DNA of 55,958 bases from Eubacteriales bacterium (GTDB lineage Bacteria; Bacillota; Clostridia; Oscillospirales; CAG-272). Shown in pieces: positions 46,838-55,958 of this stretch. Position numbers and translations under genes: made by a program. Location of the stretch: the NCBI GenBank assembly GCA_045535375.1, contig JAZSLM010000044.1, positions 1 to 55,958 of the forward strand, given 5' to 3'. Position 1 is the stretch's first letter, and each line of letters starts with the position of its first letter. The notes below the pieces were generated by a model that searched no databases, had not been told where the DNA came from, and saw only the letters and a program-made list of their open reading frames with translations.

Positions 46838-48139
46838 ATGAACGAACACGATGAAAAAATTATCGGTGAAGAAGTAACCGAGGCGAAGGAAGAACCCAAA
46901 ACCGAACCCGCTGAGGAAACTGTTCCCAAAACCGATACAGAACAAAACACAGATCCTGCCCCCGCAACCGAAGCTCCTGTTGCAGAGCCCGCACCCGCAC
47001 CGGCGGTGAAAGAATATTGGAGCTTTTCCGAGCAGGTAAAAGCGGATAAAGCGGCACAGAAGAAAAAAGGCCGCCGCGGCGCGCTTGTATACGCAATTAT
47101 AATGACCTGCCTTTTCGCAGTCTGCTTTTCTTTGCTTGCTGTCTTGCTTATAACAGGATTTGGTAATAAAGGTGAGACGATCGTAGTCGGAGGAGATACT
47201 CCGGCACTCGCCGATCTCGTTGACAGCGTCAAGGATGCCGTTGTTACGGTCGTCGTTGAAAAAGATGGCGGCATCGGATTCGGAAGCGGATTCGTTTACA
47301 CCGATGACGGTTATATAATCACCAACTACCACGTTATCGATGGCGCAAAGAACATTTCGGTTATGTGCACCGACGGCAGAGAACTGAAAGCCGAGCTTAT
47401 CGACGGCGATGAGCTTTCCGACGTAGCCGTTATTCTCGTAAGAAATCTCGGTATAGCTCCCCTCGCGGTCGGTGATTCGGATGCCATCCGCGTCGGCGAG
47501 GACGTTATTGCGATCGGTACTCCCGTTGACACCGATTATGCAGGCACAGTAACGAAGGGTATCGTTTCGGGTGTCAATCGTACGGTCAGAGTTTACGAGT
47601 CATCAGGACTTCTTGAAAAGACTATGGAAATGATCCAGACGGATACTACCCTCAACCACGGCAACTCAGGCGGTCCGCTCATCAATATGCGCGGCGAGGT
47701 CATCGGTATCAACACGATGAAGTATTACGCTTCGGATGCGGGCGACACACTTTATTTCTCGATCCAGATCAACGATGCTGTTGAAATTGCAGAAGATATC
47801 ATTGAAGACGGCAAGTATTCGGGCAATAAGGGAAGCGCGACTCAGGGTGTTCAGCTCGGTATTCAGGGCGGCACGGTCTATAAGGGCGAGGAGGCGCGCT
47901 TTACCGACGGCACCTCTATCACTCCCGAGGTTGACGGCGTTTATATCTCGTCTGTAACCGAGGGCTATCCTGCACACGGCAAGATCGAAGCGGGCGATAT
48001 AATCGTTTCCTTCGGAGGCGTAAATACGCCCACTATCGAAAGACTTCGCGCCGAACTCTTCAAGCACAAGGTTGGCGACACCGTTACCGTTGAAGTATGG
48101 AGAAACGGTCAGATAGTTTCCGTTGAAATTACTTTATAA
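46838..48139 (+). CDS. htrA: HtrA/DegP-type membrane serine protease with PDZ
   Basis: GSGF, ITNYHV, SDVA, IQTD...GNSGGPL, C-terminal PDZ. Confidence 0.93.
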   Translation: MNEHDEKIIGEEVTEAKEEPKTEPAEETVPKTDTEQNTDPAPATEAPVAEPAPAPAVKEYWSFSEQVKADKAAQKKKGRRGALVYAIIMTCLFAVCFSLLAVLLITGFGNKGETIVVGGDTPALADLVDSVKDAVVTVVVEKDGGIGFGSGFVYTDDGYIITNYHVIDGAKNISVMCTDGRELKAELIDGDELSDVAVILVRNLGIAPLAVGDSDAIRVGEDVIAIGTPVDTDYAGTVTKGIVSGVNRTVRVYESSGLLEKTMEMIQTDTTLNHGNSGGPLINMRGEVIGINTMKYYASDAGDTLYFSIQINDAVEIAEDIIEDGKYSGNKGSATQGVQLGIQGGTVYKGEEARFTDGTSITPEVDGVYISSVTEGYPAHGKIEAGDIIVSFGGVNTPTIERLRAELFKHKVGDTVTVEVWRNGQIVSVEITL

Positions 48140-48146
48140 AAATAAG

Positions 48147-48173
48147 ATCCGCAGAGCGTTCAGCTCTGCGGAT
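48147..48173. terminator. hairpin between convergent genes
   Basis: ATCCGCAGAGC/GCTCTGCGGAT. Confidence 0.75.
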
Positions 48174-48178
48174 TTACT

Positions 48179-49780
48179 TTATCTGTTTATCTTTTTCATA
48201 ATCGACTCGTGCGAGAGTCCGTATTTGTTTGCGATATCGCGGGCGTAGCTCTTACCGTCGGGCTTTGCGCGGTAGATCTTGAAGGAACGCTTGCCTTCAT
48301 CGATTCCCGCAACGAGCGTGTCGATCGGCGCACCGCCCTCTGTCGCGCATTTTTCGTTGATCTCGTCAAGCATTGCGGCAAGCTCGTGAAGATGGGTGGA
48401 GAAGAGCGTACGGCATTTTACAGCCGAGAATCCCGTAAGTATCTCCGCGGCGATGTAGGAAGCCTCGTAAGAGCCCGTTGACGAGAGTGATTCGTCAAGC
48501 AGAACGAGAGAATGCGAGGTAACGCTGTCGAATATCTCACCCAGACGCGCGCACTCTTCGCCGAGTCGTCCTTTGTCGATAGTGTCATCCGCACCGGTGG
48601 GGAAGTGGGTGTAGATAGCATCAACGGGCGATATCGTTGCGCTTTCTGCCGGAATGAACAGACCGAGCTGAAGCATTACCTGAGCCATACCGAGCGCGCA
48701 GGTGATAACCGACTTACCGCCACGGTTGGGACCCGAGAGTACATATATGGTGGCTTTCTCGTCGAAGATAAGGTCGTTGGTCACGATCTCGTCGTCGATC
48801 TTGAGGGCAACTGCGGGGTTGTAAAGACCTATCGCGCTGAAAGCTCTGTCATCCGCAGGAGCAAGAACTGGAACGCAAAGATCGCAGCCCTTTTCGCGCA
48901 GACGACTCATAAGACGGGTACCCTTGATAAGAAATTCGATCTCGGGCATAAGATTGAGCAGGAAGTCCGTATTCTCGAGAACGTACTGCTGAACTATCTT
49001 CTTCCAGGAGCGGAGAGAGGATTTGTACACCTCGTTGATAGCGGTATTGAAAGCAAGTGAAAGCGCGGTCTTCTGGCTTTCCGACTGCTTTTTGCCGAAG
49101 GGAACGAGGCTTGCAATGCAGGTGTATTCGTCGTCCTTGAAATTAAGGCGAAGGATCTTTTCAAGCACCTCACCGGAGCGGAAGGATTCGGAATTGATCG
49201 AAAGCACGCCGGCGGAGGAAGGACGGAGCTGTGCGTCGAGGTTGACGCCCATCGTCACACTCTTGATCTCGCGCACGCGTTTTGTAAGCTCGCAGAGCTT
49301 TTCATTGAGCTGTGCGTAGTAATCACTTTCGGCAAGCTCGCTGATGCGGTCGCAGAGTGTTCTGAATGCCTGTCCCTTGAGATTGTCCTTGACAGCGTTG
49401 AGTCCGTCGTCGAGAGTATCCACGCAGGAGATGTAAAGCTCGATCTCGGTTATACTTGAAAGATAGTCGTTGGGGTCGCCGCTGTCTGCTTCAAGGCGGC
49501 GAAGCTCCATAATGTCTGAAAGAATGGGGAGCAGATCGTTGAGTGTGCGGATAAGCTCGGGATTGTCGAGCATATCGCCAAAAGTCTCGCGGCGGTAGTT
49601 GATAACATCTTCGTCGGATGTGAAAAATTCGGAAAGAGAACCGTTTTTAAGATCAAAGATCTGGGAAAAACCCATCTCGTCGAGTGTGAAATCCGAAATA
49701 TCGGGACGCACGCCCTCCGACATATGGCGGCTGATGCTCTCGGCGGTGGGATAAAGCAAAGAAAAGTTTGTAAGATCCAA
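48179..49780 (-). CDS. MutS-related ATPase (domain V, no mismatch-binding domain)
   Basis: SGPNRGGKS, Q.GLFIPA, THFP, GRLGEE, LLDES.SST, STHLHEL, SYA..IA; TTG start with GAAAGG RBS. Confidence 0.88.
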   Translation of the reverse strand: MDLTNFSLLYPTAESISRHMSEGVRPDISDFTLDEMGFSQIFDLKNGSLSEFFTSDEDVINYRRETFGDMLDNPELIRTLNDLLPILSDIMELRRLEADSGDPNDYLSSITEIELYISCVDTLDDGLNAVKDNLKGQAFRTLCDRISELAESDYYAQLNEKLCELTKRVREIKSVTMGVNLDAQLRPSSAGVLSINSESFRSGEVLEKILRLNFKDDEYTCIASLVPFGKKQSESQKTALSLAFNTAINEVYKSSLRSWKKIVQQYVLENTDFLLNLMPEIEFLIKGTRLMSRLREKGCDLCVPVLAPADDRAFSAIGLYNPAVALKIDDEIVTNDLIFDEKATIYVLSGPNRGGKSVITCALGMAQVMLQLGLFIPAESATISPVDAIYTHFPTGADDTIDKGRLGEECARLGEIFDSVTSHSLVLLDESLSSTGSYEASYIAAEILTGFSAVKCRTLFSTHLHELAAMLDEINEKCATEGGAPIDTLVAGIDEGKRSFKIYRAKPDGKSYARDIANKYGLSHESIMKKINR

Positions 49781-49861
49781 AACTGATTATTCCTTTCTAT
49801 CGGTTTGGTCAATTAAATATTATATCATATAATTTCGGAAAAGTATATAGGAAAATGTAAA

Positions 49862-50938
49862 TTAGTTGTCCTTTTGGCTGCTATCGAGTGTGCCGATGTG
49901 GATAGTTTTCTCGTTTTCATCCTTTTTCGGTTCTGCAGAGGTAAGTCCCGCAAGAGGATTCTTCGCCATTGCCGCCTCGACCTCGCTGTTTGAAACGTGG
50001 GTGTATATCTGCGTGGTATTGAGCTGCTCGTGCCCGAGGATCTCCTTTAGCACGCGCACGTCAACCCCGCCCTTTGAATACATCAGTGTTGCTGCCGTGT
50101 GACGGAGCTTATGTACCGAAAGTCCTCGGTTTCCAAGCCCCGATGCATCAAGGTATTTGTCCACCGTTTTTTGCACCATTCGCACGTCTATGCGTTTTCC
50201 GAGGCGCGAGATGAAGAGAGCGTTTTCATTCTCGGTCGCTACCTTTTGCTCCTCGCGTAACGGAATATATTCTTCAAGCGCCGCGCGGCAAGCATCGTTG
50301 AAATAAAGAATTCGTTCCTTGCTTCCTTTGCCGAGAATACGCACCGAGCGCAAAAATCTGTCAACGTCGTTGAGGCTGATGCCGACAAGCTCGGAAAGTC
50401 GCATTCCGCAGTTGAGGAAAAGCGTTACCATGCACCAGTTGCGTATGCGGATGAAATCGGTCTGCGATGTATCGTTTCGCACGGTTTCGATGAAGTAAAC
50501 TGCTTCTTCATAGGTCATATGCTTTGGCAGACTTTTCGGCTTCTTCGGTCCATCGACTTTCTCCGCGGGATTGTTATCTATAAGCATTCTTGTCTTGCAG
50601 TAGTATTTGAACAAAGCGCGGATAGCGCAAAGCTTGCGTGCCCTGGCGTTTTGCTTGTTCCCGAGAGTCATGTCGCAGTATGAAAGATAGTTGTATATTT
50701 CCATTACCTCGACAGATCTCAGAAAAGCCAGATCGACTTGCGCCATGGTAATTTTTGCGTATTCCTCCGATTCGGGATCTATACCCGTTCTGTCTGCAAT
50801 CAGGAAGCGGAGAAAATCGCGTATATCTCGCATATATTCATTCACCGTCGACCGCGAGCAACCTGCTATGGTTAGCTTGTAATTTGCAAAGTCGCGCAGC
50901 ACGGGAGAGTATTCTTTGGGATTGTATTCGGTTGCCAT
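49862..50938 (-). CDS. xerC: tyrosine recombinase, XerC-like
   Basis: GMRLSEL, GKGSKER, HKLRHT.AT, LGH...TTQIYTH; full R-K-H-R-H-Y set. Confidence 0.9.
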   Translation of the reverse strand: MATEYNPKEYSPVLRDFANYKLTIAGCSRSTVNEYMRDIRDFLRFLIADRTGIDPESEEYAKITMAQVDLAFLRSVEVMEIYNYLSYCDMTLGNKQNARARKLCAIRALFKYYCKTRMLIDNNPAEKVDGPKKPKSLPKHMTYEEAVYFIETVRNDTSQTDFIRIRNWCMVTLFLNCGMRLSELVGISLNDVDRFLRSVRILGKGSKERILYFNDACRAALEEYIPLREEQKVATENENALFISRLGKRIDVRMVQKTVDKYLDASGLGNRGLSVHKLRHTAATLMYSKGGVDVRVLKEILGHEQLNTTQIYTHVSNSEVEAAMAKNPLAGLTSAEPKKDENEKTIHIGTLDSSQKDN

Positions 50939-51120
50939 AAGCCCACCTCACTTTGAGTATATATAATATTATACAACATTTCGCAAGATTTTAGTGGATA
51001 AAATGTAAATTTTCAGTTTTTTGTGTTGAATATTATTAGATAAAAGTATATAATTTATACGCTTGCGTTCCCGCAAGCCCCAAAAACGCAATTACTACAA
51101 CTTTTACGGAGGAATACCCA

Positions 51121-51729
51121 GTGCGTGATTTTATGCAAAAACACTCATATAACGCAGTTCGTCTGTTTGTGAATCAGATAGCGATATCGATCTTCGGACT
51201 TGTCCTCGCAATTGCCTGCGGTAAAGTCGAAAACGCCACCCTCAAGATCATCACCAGTGGCGGTGCTATTATTTTTTATCTGTTTCTGACCTATGCGGCA
51301 ATGTGGGAGGTCGGATCGAAGGATAAGTTCGGTATCGAAAACGGAACAAAGAAGGAAATGCCGCTTGCAGGACTATACGTTGCTCTTCTTTCAAACAGCC
51401 TCAATCTCCTTCTGGCAATCGTCATCCTCGCTTGCAGCTTCGCTCCCGAAGGCGGAGCACTTTACGCGGCAGGCGCACTTGCAAAGGTGATCGCTCTCTT
51501 TATCGAGGGTATGTATACCGGGCTGCTTTCGCTTAAAGTCGGCGGTATGCCCCTTAACAACTATTGGCTGTCCTATTTTGTAATAATCATCCCCTCACTT
51601 GTGACTTCCGCGCTTGCTTATTGGTGCGGCACGAAGGGATATCACTTCTCGAAAATACTAATTCCCGAGAATCCCGAGGACGCTGAGATCAGAAGAGAAA
51701 AGAAAAAAGCAAGGAATAACAAACAATGA
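51121..51729 (+). CDS. hypothetical membrane protein
   Basis: GGAGG RBS, GTG start, 4-5 TM, upstream TTGAAT-17-TATAAT. Confidence 0.75.
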   Translation: MRDFMQKHSYNAVRLFVNQIAISIFGLVLAIACGKVENATLKIITSGGAIIFYLFLTYAAMWEVGSKDKFGIENGTKKEMPLAGLYVALLSNSLNLLLAIVILACSFAPEGGALYAAGALAKVIALFIEGMYTGLLSLKVGGMPLNNYWLSYFVIIIPSLVTSALAYWCGTKGYHFSKILIPENPEDAEIRREKKKARNNKQ

Positions 51730-52346
51730 ATTACAAACATCTTATCTATGACTTTGACGGAACTCTTTCCGACACATACCCCTGCTTTACAGAGTCTATA
51801 CTTCAGTTACTCAAGAACTACGGTCTTTCCGATACATACCAAAGCGCTTATGACAAACTGAAGGTATCCGTCGGTCATACTATCAAGTGCTATGATTTCG
51901 GTGGTAAGGACAACGCAGAACTCAGACAGGAATTTCACGTGATCCACAACGAGCTCGCTCCGAAGATCCAGAAGCCTTATCCCGAGGCAGAAGAGATCCT
52001 TCGCTACGCTATGGCACAGGGACATAAAAATTATCTCTACACCCATTCGGGCAAGATCGTAAAGCTCCTCCTCGAGCAGTGGGGAATTGCCGATTGCTTC
52101 GAAGATATCATCGACTCGACAATGAAATTCCCGATCAAGCCCGCACCCGACGCGCTCAATTATCTTTGTGAAAAGCACGGACTTGACAAAAAGGACTGCA
52201 TCATGATCGGTGACCGAGATATCGACACCGATTGCGGACGCAATGCCGGAATGAAGGGCTGTCTCTACGATCCCGAACATTACTATGACAGCGCGGACGT
52301 CGATTACAGAATCGAAAATCTTCTTGAATTAAAAAACATTATCTGA
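51726..52346 (+). CDS. HAD-family hydrolase
   Basis: DFDGTL.D, KPAPD, IGDR.ID...G.NAG. Confidence 0.92.
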   Translation: MNYKHLIYDFDGTLSDTYPCFTESILQLLKNYGLSDTYQSAYDKLKVSVGHTIKCYDFGGKDNAELRQEFHVIHNELAPKIQKPYPEAEEILRYAMAQGHKNYLYTHSGKIVKLLLEQWGIADCFEDIIDSTMKFPIKPAPDALNYLCEKHGLDKKDCIMIGDRDIDTDCGRNAGMKGCLYDPEHYYDSADVDYRIENLLELKNII

Positions 52347-52371
52347 TTATAAATTTGAAAGGACAAATAAA

Positions 52372-53424
52372 ATGTCACAGAACATTGCAGAACTGAAGCA
52401 GGAATTTGCGCAGAAACTTGCTGCCGCAGACTCTATGCAGACGCTCGAGGAGATCCGTGTTGATTTCCTTGGTAAGAAGGGAAGCGTGACAGAGCTTCTC
52501 AAGTCCATGAAGGACATGGGACCCGAAGAGAAAAAGGCCTTCGGTCAGGAAGTAAACGTGCTTAAGAACGAGCTCGCGCAGGCTATCACACAGAAGGGCG
52601 AAGAGCTTCGCCGTGCAGAGCTTGAGCGCGAAGTAGCATCCATGCCCGAGTTTGACGTTTCGATGCCCGCTGTGCTCGACCGCGGCTCCTTCCACCCCAT
52701 CACCCTCGTTCAGCGCGAGTGCGAGACCATCTTCAAGTCGATGGGCTTCCACGTTGAGGACTACGCCGAGATCGTAAGCGACTACGAGTGCTTCGAGGCT
52801 CTCAATATTCCCAAGCATCACCCCGCGCGTGATATGCAGGATACCTACTACCTTACCAACGGTCAGCTTCTCAAGACACATACCAGTGCCGCGCAGAATG
52901 CTATCTATAAGAAATACCGCGACGACCTCGTAAATAACGGAGTACCGCTCAAGGCGATCTTCCCCGGACGCTGCTTCAGAAACGAGGCAACCGATGCTTG
53001 CCACGAAAACACCTTCTTCCAGATGGAAGGCGTTATGGTCGATAAGAACATCTCGATCTCGAACCTCATCTTCTTCATGAAGACGATGCTTTCCGAGGTC
53101 TTCAAGCGCGACGTAAAGGTTCGTCTCCGTCCCGGATTCTTCCCCTTTGTCGAGCCCGGCTTCGAGCTTGATATCTCCTGCGCTATCTGCGGCGGCGAGG
53201 GTTGTCCTTCCTGCAAGCACAGCGGTTGGCTCGAGCTTTGCCCCTGCGGTATGATCCACCCCGAGGTACTCAAGGCGGGCGGCATCGACCCCGAGGAATA
53301 CACCGGATTTGCATTTGGTCTCGGACTTACCAGACTTGCAATGATGCGCTATGGCGTTAAGGATATCAGAGACCTCAACAGCGGAAGCCTCAAGGTTCTC
53401 TCGCAGTTCACCGAGGATAAATAA
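52372..53424 (+). CDS. pheS: phenylalanine--tRNA ligase alpha subunit
   Basis: LGKKG, HPARDMQDT, THTS, FQMEG, RP.FFPF.EP, GFAFG.G..RLAM. Confidence 0.97.
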   Translation: MSQNIAELKQEFAQKLAAADSMQTLEEIRVDFLGKKGSVTELLKSMKDMGPEEKKAFGQEVNVLKNELAQAITQKGEELRRAELEREVASMPEFDVSMPAVLDRGSFHPITLVQRECETIFKSMGFHVEDYAEIVSDYECFEALNIPKHHPARDMQDTYYLTNGQLLKTHTSAAQNAIYKKYRDDLVNNGVPLKAIFPGRCFRNEATDACHENTFFQMEGVMVDKNISISNLIFFMKTMLSEVFKRDVKVRLRPGFFPFVEPGFELDISCAICGGEGCPSCKHSGWLELCPCGMIHPEVLKAGGIDPEEYTGFAFGLGLTRLAMMRYGVKDIRDLNSGSLKVLSQFTEDK

Positions 53425-53442
53425 GAAAGGACGGAAAGAAAA

Positions 53443-55803
53443 ATGTTTTTATCTATGAATTGGATATGCGATTACGTTGACCTTTCCGGTCTTGACAAGC
53501 TTTCGCTCATCCACAGATTCTCTCTTTCTACCGCAGAGGTAGAAAACGAAATATTCATGAAGGGCAGTGACCTCTCCGGCATCGTTGTCGCAGAGATCAA
53601 GTCGGTCGAGGAGCATCCCGAATCGAGAAAGCTCCACCTTCTCAAGGTTGACATCGGCGAGGCTGAACTCGTTGACGTCGTTTGCGGTGCTCCCAACGTA
53701 GCAGTCGGACTCAAAGTTCCCTTTGCAAAGCTCGGCGCGCAGATCGGTGACATCACCATCGCTCCCCGTAAACTTGCAGGCTACACCTCGAACGGTATGT
53801 GTTGCTCCGAGAAAGAGCTCGGTATCAGTGATAACAACGACGGTCTTATGATCCTCGATCCCGCTTTTGCAGTAGGTACCGATATCAAGACCCTCTTCGA
53901 CATTGACGATATCATCTTCGAGGTTGATAACAAGTCCCTTACAAACCGCCCCGACCTCTGGGGTCATTACGGCATCGCGCGCGAGTTCGCCGCTATCGCA
54001 GGCAGAGAGCTCAAGCCCCTCGATTGTGCCGATCTTTCCCAGTATTCCGATCTTCCCGCAGTTGATATGAAGATCGAGGACTCGCTCTGCCAGAGATATT
54101 CTTGCCTCCAGGTTGAGAACATCACCCGCAGAGTAAGCCCCGTAAATATGCGTATCCGCCTCTACTACTGCGGTATGCGCTCGATCAACTTCCTCACCGA
54201 CATTACCAACTACATTATGCTCGAGATGGGACAGCCTATGCACGCATTCGACTCGCGCAAGGTTGAAAAGCTCCGCATCAAGAGATACGATCATAAGTTT
54301 TCCTTCAAGACCCTCGACGGCGTAGAGCGCAACATCGACGAGGATATGCTTATGATCTGCAACGGCGACATTCCCGTTTGCATCGCGGGCGTTATGGGCG
54401 GACTTGACTCCGAGATCGTTGAAGACACCACCAAGCTCACTCTCGAGTGTGCTACCTTCGATGCAGTTTCGGTTCGTAAGACCACCGTTCGTCTCGCGCA
54501 CAGAACCGACGCTTCCCAGCGTTACGAGAAGTGCCTTGACCCTGAAATGACTCCCACCGCCGTTGCCCGCTTTGTCAAAATCATGCAGGATGCAGATCCC
54601 GAGGCAAAGGTCGTTTCCTCTCTCACCGACGAGCAGGCGTATAAGTATCCCACCATCACCTTCTCCTTTGACAGATCCTTCGTAAATCGCTATACCGGTA
54701 TCGAGATCTCCGATGAGCATATCCTTACAACTCTCTCGGCTCTTGGCTTCGGTATCTCTCTTGAGGGCACTACCTTCACCGTAACCGTTCCTTCCTGGCG
54801 TTCCACCAAGGACGTAACTATGAAGGCAGATATCATCGAAGAGATCACCCGTATCTACGGTTACGATAACTTCGATATCAATACCGTTTACGCTCCCTCC
54901 TATCCCATCCGTGCGGATATCAGAAAGAGCGTTGAGGAGCTGATCAAGGATCTTCTAGTAAAGAGATTCTCCTGCCACGAGCTTCATTCCTATATCTGGA
55001 CCTACAACGATGAGTATAAGGAACTCGGCATCGAGGTAGAGGATAACGTAAAGATCGCTGGCGCGGCTAACCCCAATATCGAGACCCTCCGCAAGACCAT
55101 CATCCCCACCCAGCTCTGCCAGGTCAAGTACAACACCGCATACGCTCCCGAGTTCGGCGTTTTCGAGATCGGTTGCGTAGTTGACGGCCTCCGCGAGGAC
55201 GGCCTCTGTAACGAAAAGAAAAAGCTTGCGATCACCCTCTACTCGAAGACCGAGAGCATGGAGACCGTTTACGGTAAGCTCTGCAACATTCTTGCAGTTA
55301 TCGCCGACGATATCAAGCACGCTCCCATTAAGTTCGTAAAGAAGGAAGCAAGCCATTCCTATCAGCATCCGAGAAACCTCAACGCGGTTTACTGCGGCGA
55401 GACCGAGATCGGTGAGATCGGTATCGTTTACCCCACCGTATCCAAGAAGATCGACAAGAAGGCTTCAATCGTCTACGCCGAGATTGATGTTTCTGCATTC
55501 GCAAACTGCGCAAAGCAGGCGCTCTTCTATGACGAACCTTCCAAGTACCCCGAGATGGATATCGACCTTACCTTCAAGACCGATATCTACGCGCCCATCG
55601 GCGAGTCTATCAAGGCACACGGCGGCGCACTCGTAAAGAATGTCAAGGTCACCGACAGATACGCCGACGAAGCCGGCAAGTCCGTCACCGTCCGTATCAC
55701 CTTCGCTGATAAGACCAGAACCCTCACCCGCGACGAGGTCATGGTAGTTGCCAATAAGGTAATTGCTGATCTCGCAGGAAAGGGAATCGCGCTTAAGGCT
55801 TAA
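53443..55803 (+). CDS. pheT: phenylalanine--tRNA ligase beta subunit
   Basis: VCGAPN, GM.CS..ELG, NRPD, DITNY.MLE.GQPMHAFD, DIIEEI.RIYGY, C-terminal anticodon-binding domain. Confidence 0.96.
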   Translation: MFLSMNWICDYVDLSGLDKLSLIHRFSLSTAEVENEIFMKGSDLSGIVVAEIKSVEEHPESRKLHLLKVDIGEAELVDVVCGAPNVAVGLKVPFAKLGAQIGDITIAPRKLAGYTSNGMCCSEKELGISDNNDGLMILDPAFAVGTDIKTLFDIDDIIFEVDNKSLTNRPDLWGHYGIAREFAAIAGRELKPLDCADLSQYSDLPAVDMKIEDSLCQRYSCLQVENITRRVSPVNMRIRLYYCGMRSINFLTDITNYIMLEMGQPMHAFDSRKVEKLRIKRYDHKFSFKTLDGVERNIDEDMLMICNGDIPVCIAGVMGGLDSEIVEDTTKLTLECATFDAVSVRKTTVRLAHRTDASQRYEKCLDPEMTPTAVARFVKIMQDADPEAKVVSSLTDEQAYKYPTITFSFDRSFVNRYTGIEISDEHILTTLSALGFGISLEGTTFTVTVPSWRSTKDVTMKADIIEEITRIYGYDNFDINTVYAPSYPIRADIRKSVEELIKDLLVKRFSCHELHSYIWTYNDEYKELGIEVEDNVKIAGAANPNIETLRKTIIPTQLCQVKYNTAYAPEFGVFEIGCVVDGLREDGLCNEKKKLAITLYSKTESMETVYGKLCNILAVIADDIKHAPIKFVKKEASHSYQHPRNLNAVYCGETEIGEIGIVYPTVSKKIDKKASIVYAEIDVSAFANCAKQALFYDEPSKYPEMDIDLTFKTDIYAPIGESIKAHGGALVKNVKVTDRYADEAGKSVTVRITFADKTRTLTRDEVMVVANKVIADLAGKGIALKA

Positions 55804-55808
55804 TTAAT

Positions 55809-55842
55809 AAAACGGCTGACGCTCAACTGTCAGCCGTTTTTT
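55809..55842 (+). terminator. Rho-independent terminator
   Basis: AAAACGGCTGAC/GTCAGCCGTTTT plus T run. Confidence 0.9.
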
Positions 55843-55850
55843 CAATAGCG

Positions 55851-55927
55851 AAAAAGTTTCGTCCACCTTTTCAAAGGTGGCGAATTCTTAAGGCAGCGCC
55901 TTAAGTCGCGCTCCGCAGAGCGCGAAA
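55851..55927. repeat. REP/MITE-like triple-hairpin element
   Basis: CCACCTTT/AAAGGTGG, CTTAAGGC/GCCTTAAG, TCGCGCTC/GAGCGCGA in tandem. Confidence 0.6.
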
Positions 55928-55958
55928 TTACTCTTGTGCTTCCGAATGGCGGCGTACA

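Noticed and set aside
49862-50938. Tyrosine recombinase as an integrase of an island inserted at tRNA-Leu
   Set aside because: It lies 50 kb away among core genes, looks like housekeeping XerC, and no distal att repeat or mobility genes were seen.
1-55958. CRISPR array, prophage, IS transposase or recognised defence system
   Set aside because: No regularly spaced repeats or hallmark genes were found by eye.

Overview
Core-chromosome window of a sporulating Firmicute (Clostridia, probably an uncultured gut lineage; inferred from spoVFA/spoVFB, consensus sigma-A promoters, and a sigma-K-like promoter). It opens with tRNA-Leu(GAG). Housekeeping genes include glnA, mscL, metY-metA, nagA, metG, tatD, an EF-G paralogue, truB, trmB, ychF, xerC and pheST. 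It also holds a guanine-riboswitch-led BMP nucleoside ABC operon, a YtrA-type GntR/ABC operon, two ComEC-family genes, and a two-component system with HtrA. No prophage, CRISPR array or transposase was seen. The best candidate for an undescribed system is a four-gene operon (7552-10495) derived from a biotin-dependent decarboxylase/transcarboxylase. All its frames are open and tightly coupled, yet the chemistry appears stripped out: the OadA/5S-like subunit lacks its known catalytic residues, the biotin carrier is a 43-aa stub with no biotinyl domain, the carboxyltransferase has Pro at an oxyanion-hole position, and there is no Na+-pump beta subunit. Other oddities are a structured element mimicking the tRNA 3' end, a homopolymer frameshift at the start of a ComEC-type nuclease gene, a REP-like triple hairpin after pheT, and an atypical PheRS. 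All family calls come from motif recognition, not database searches.
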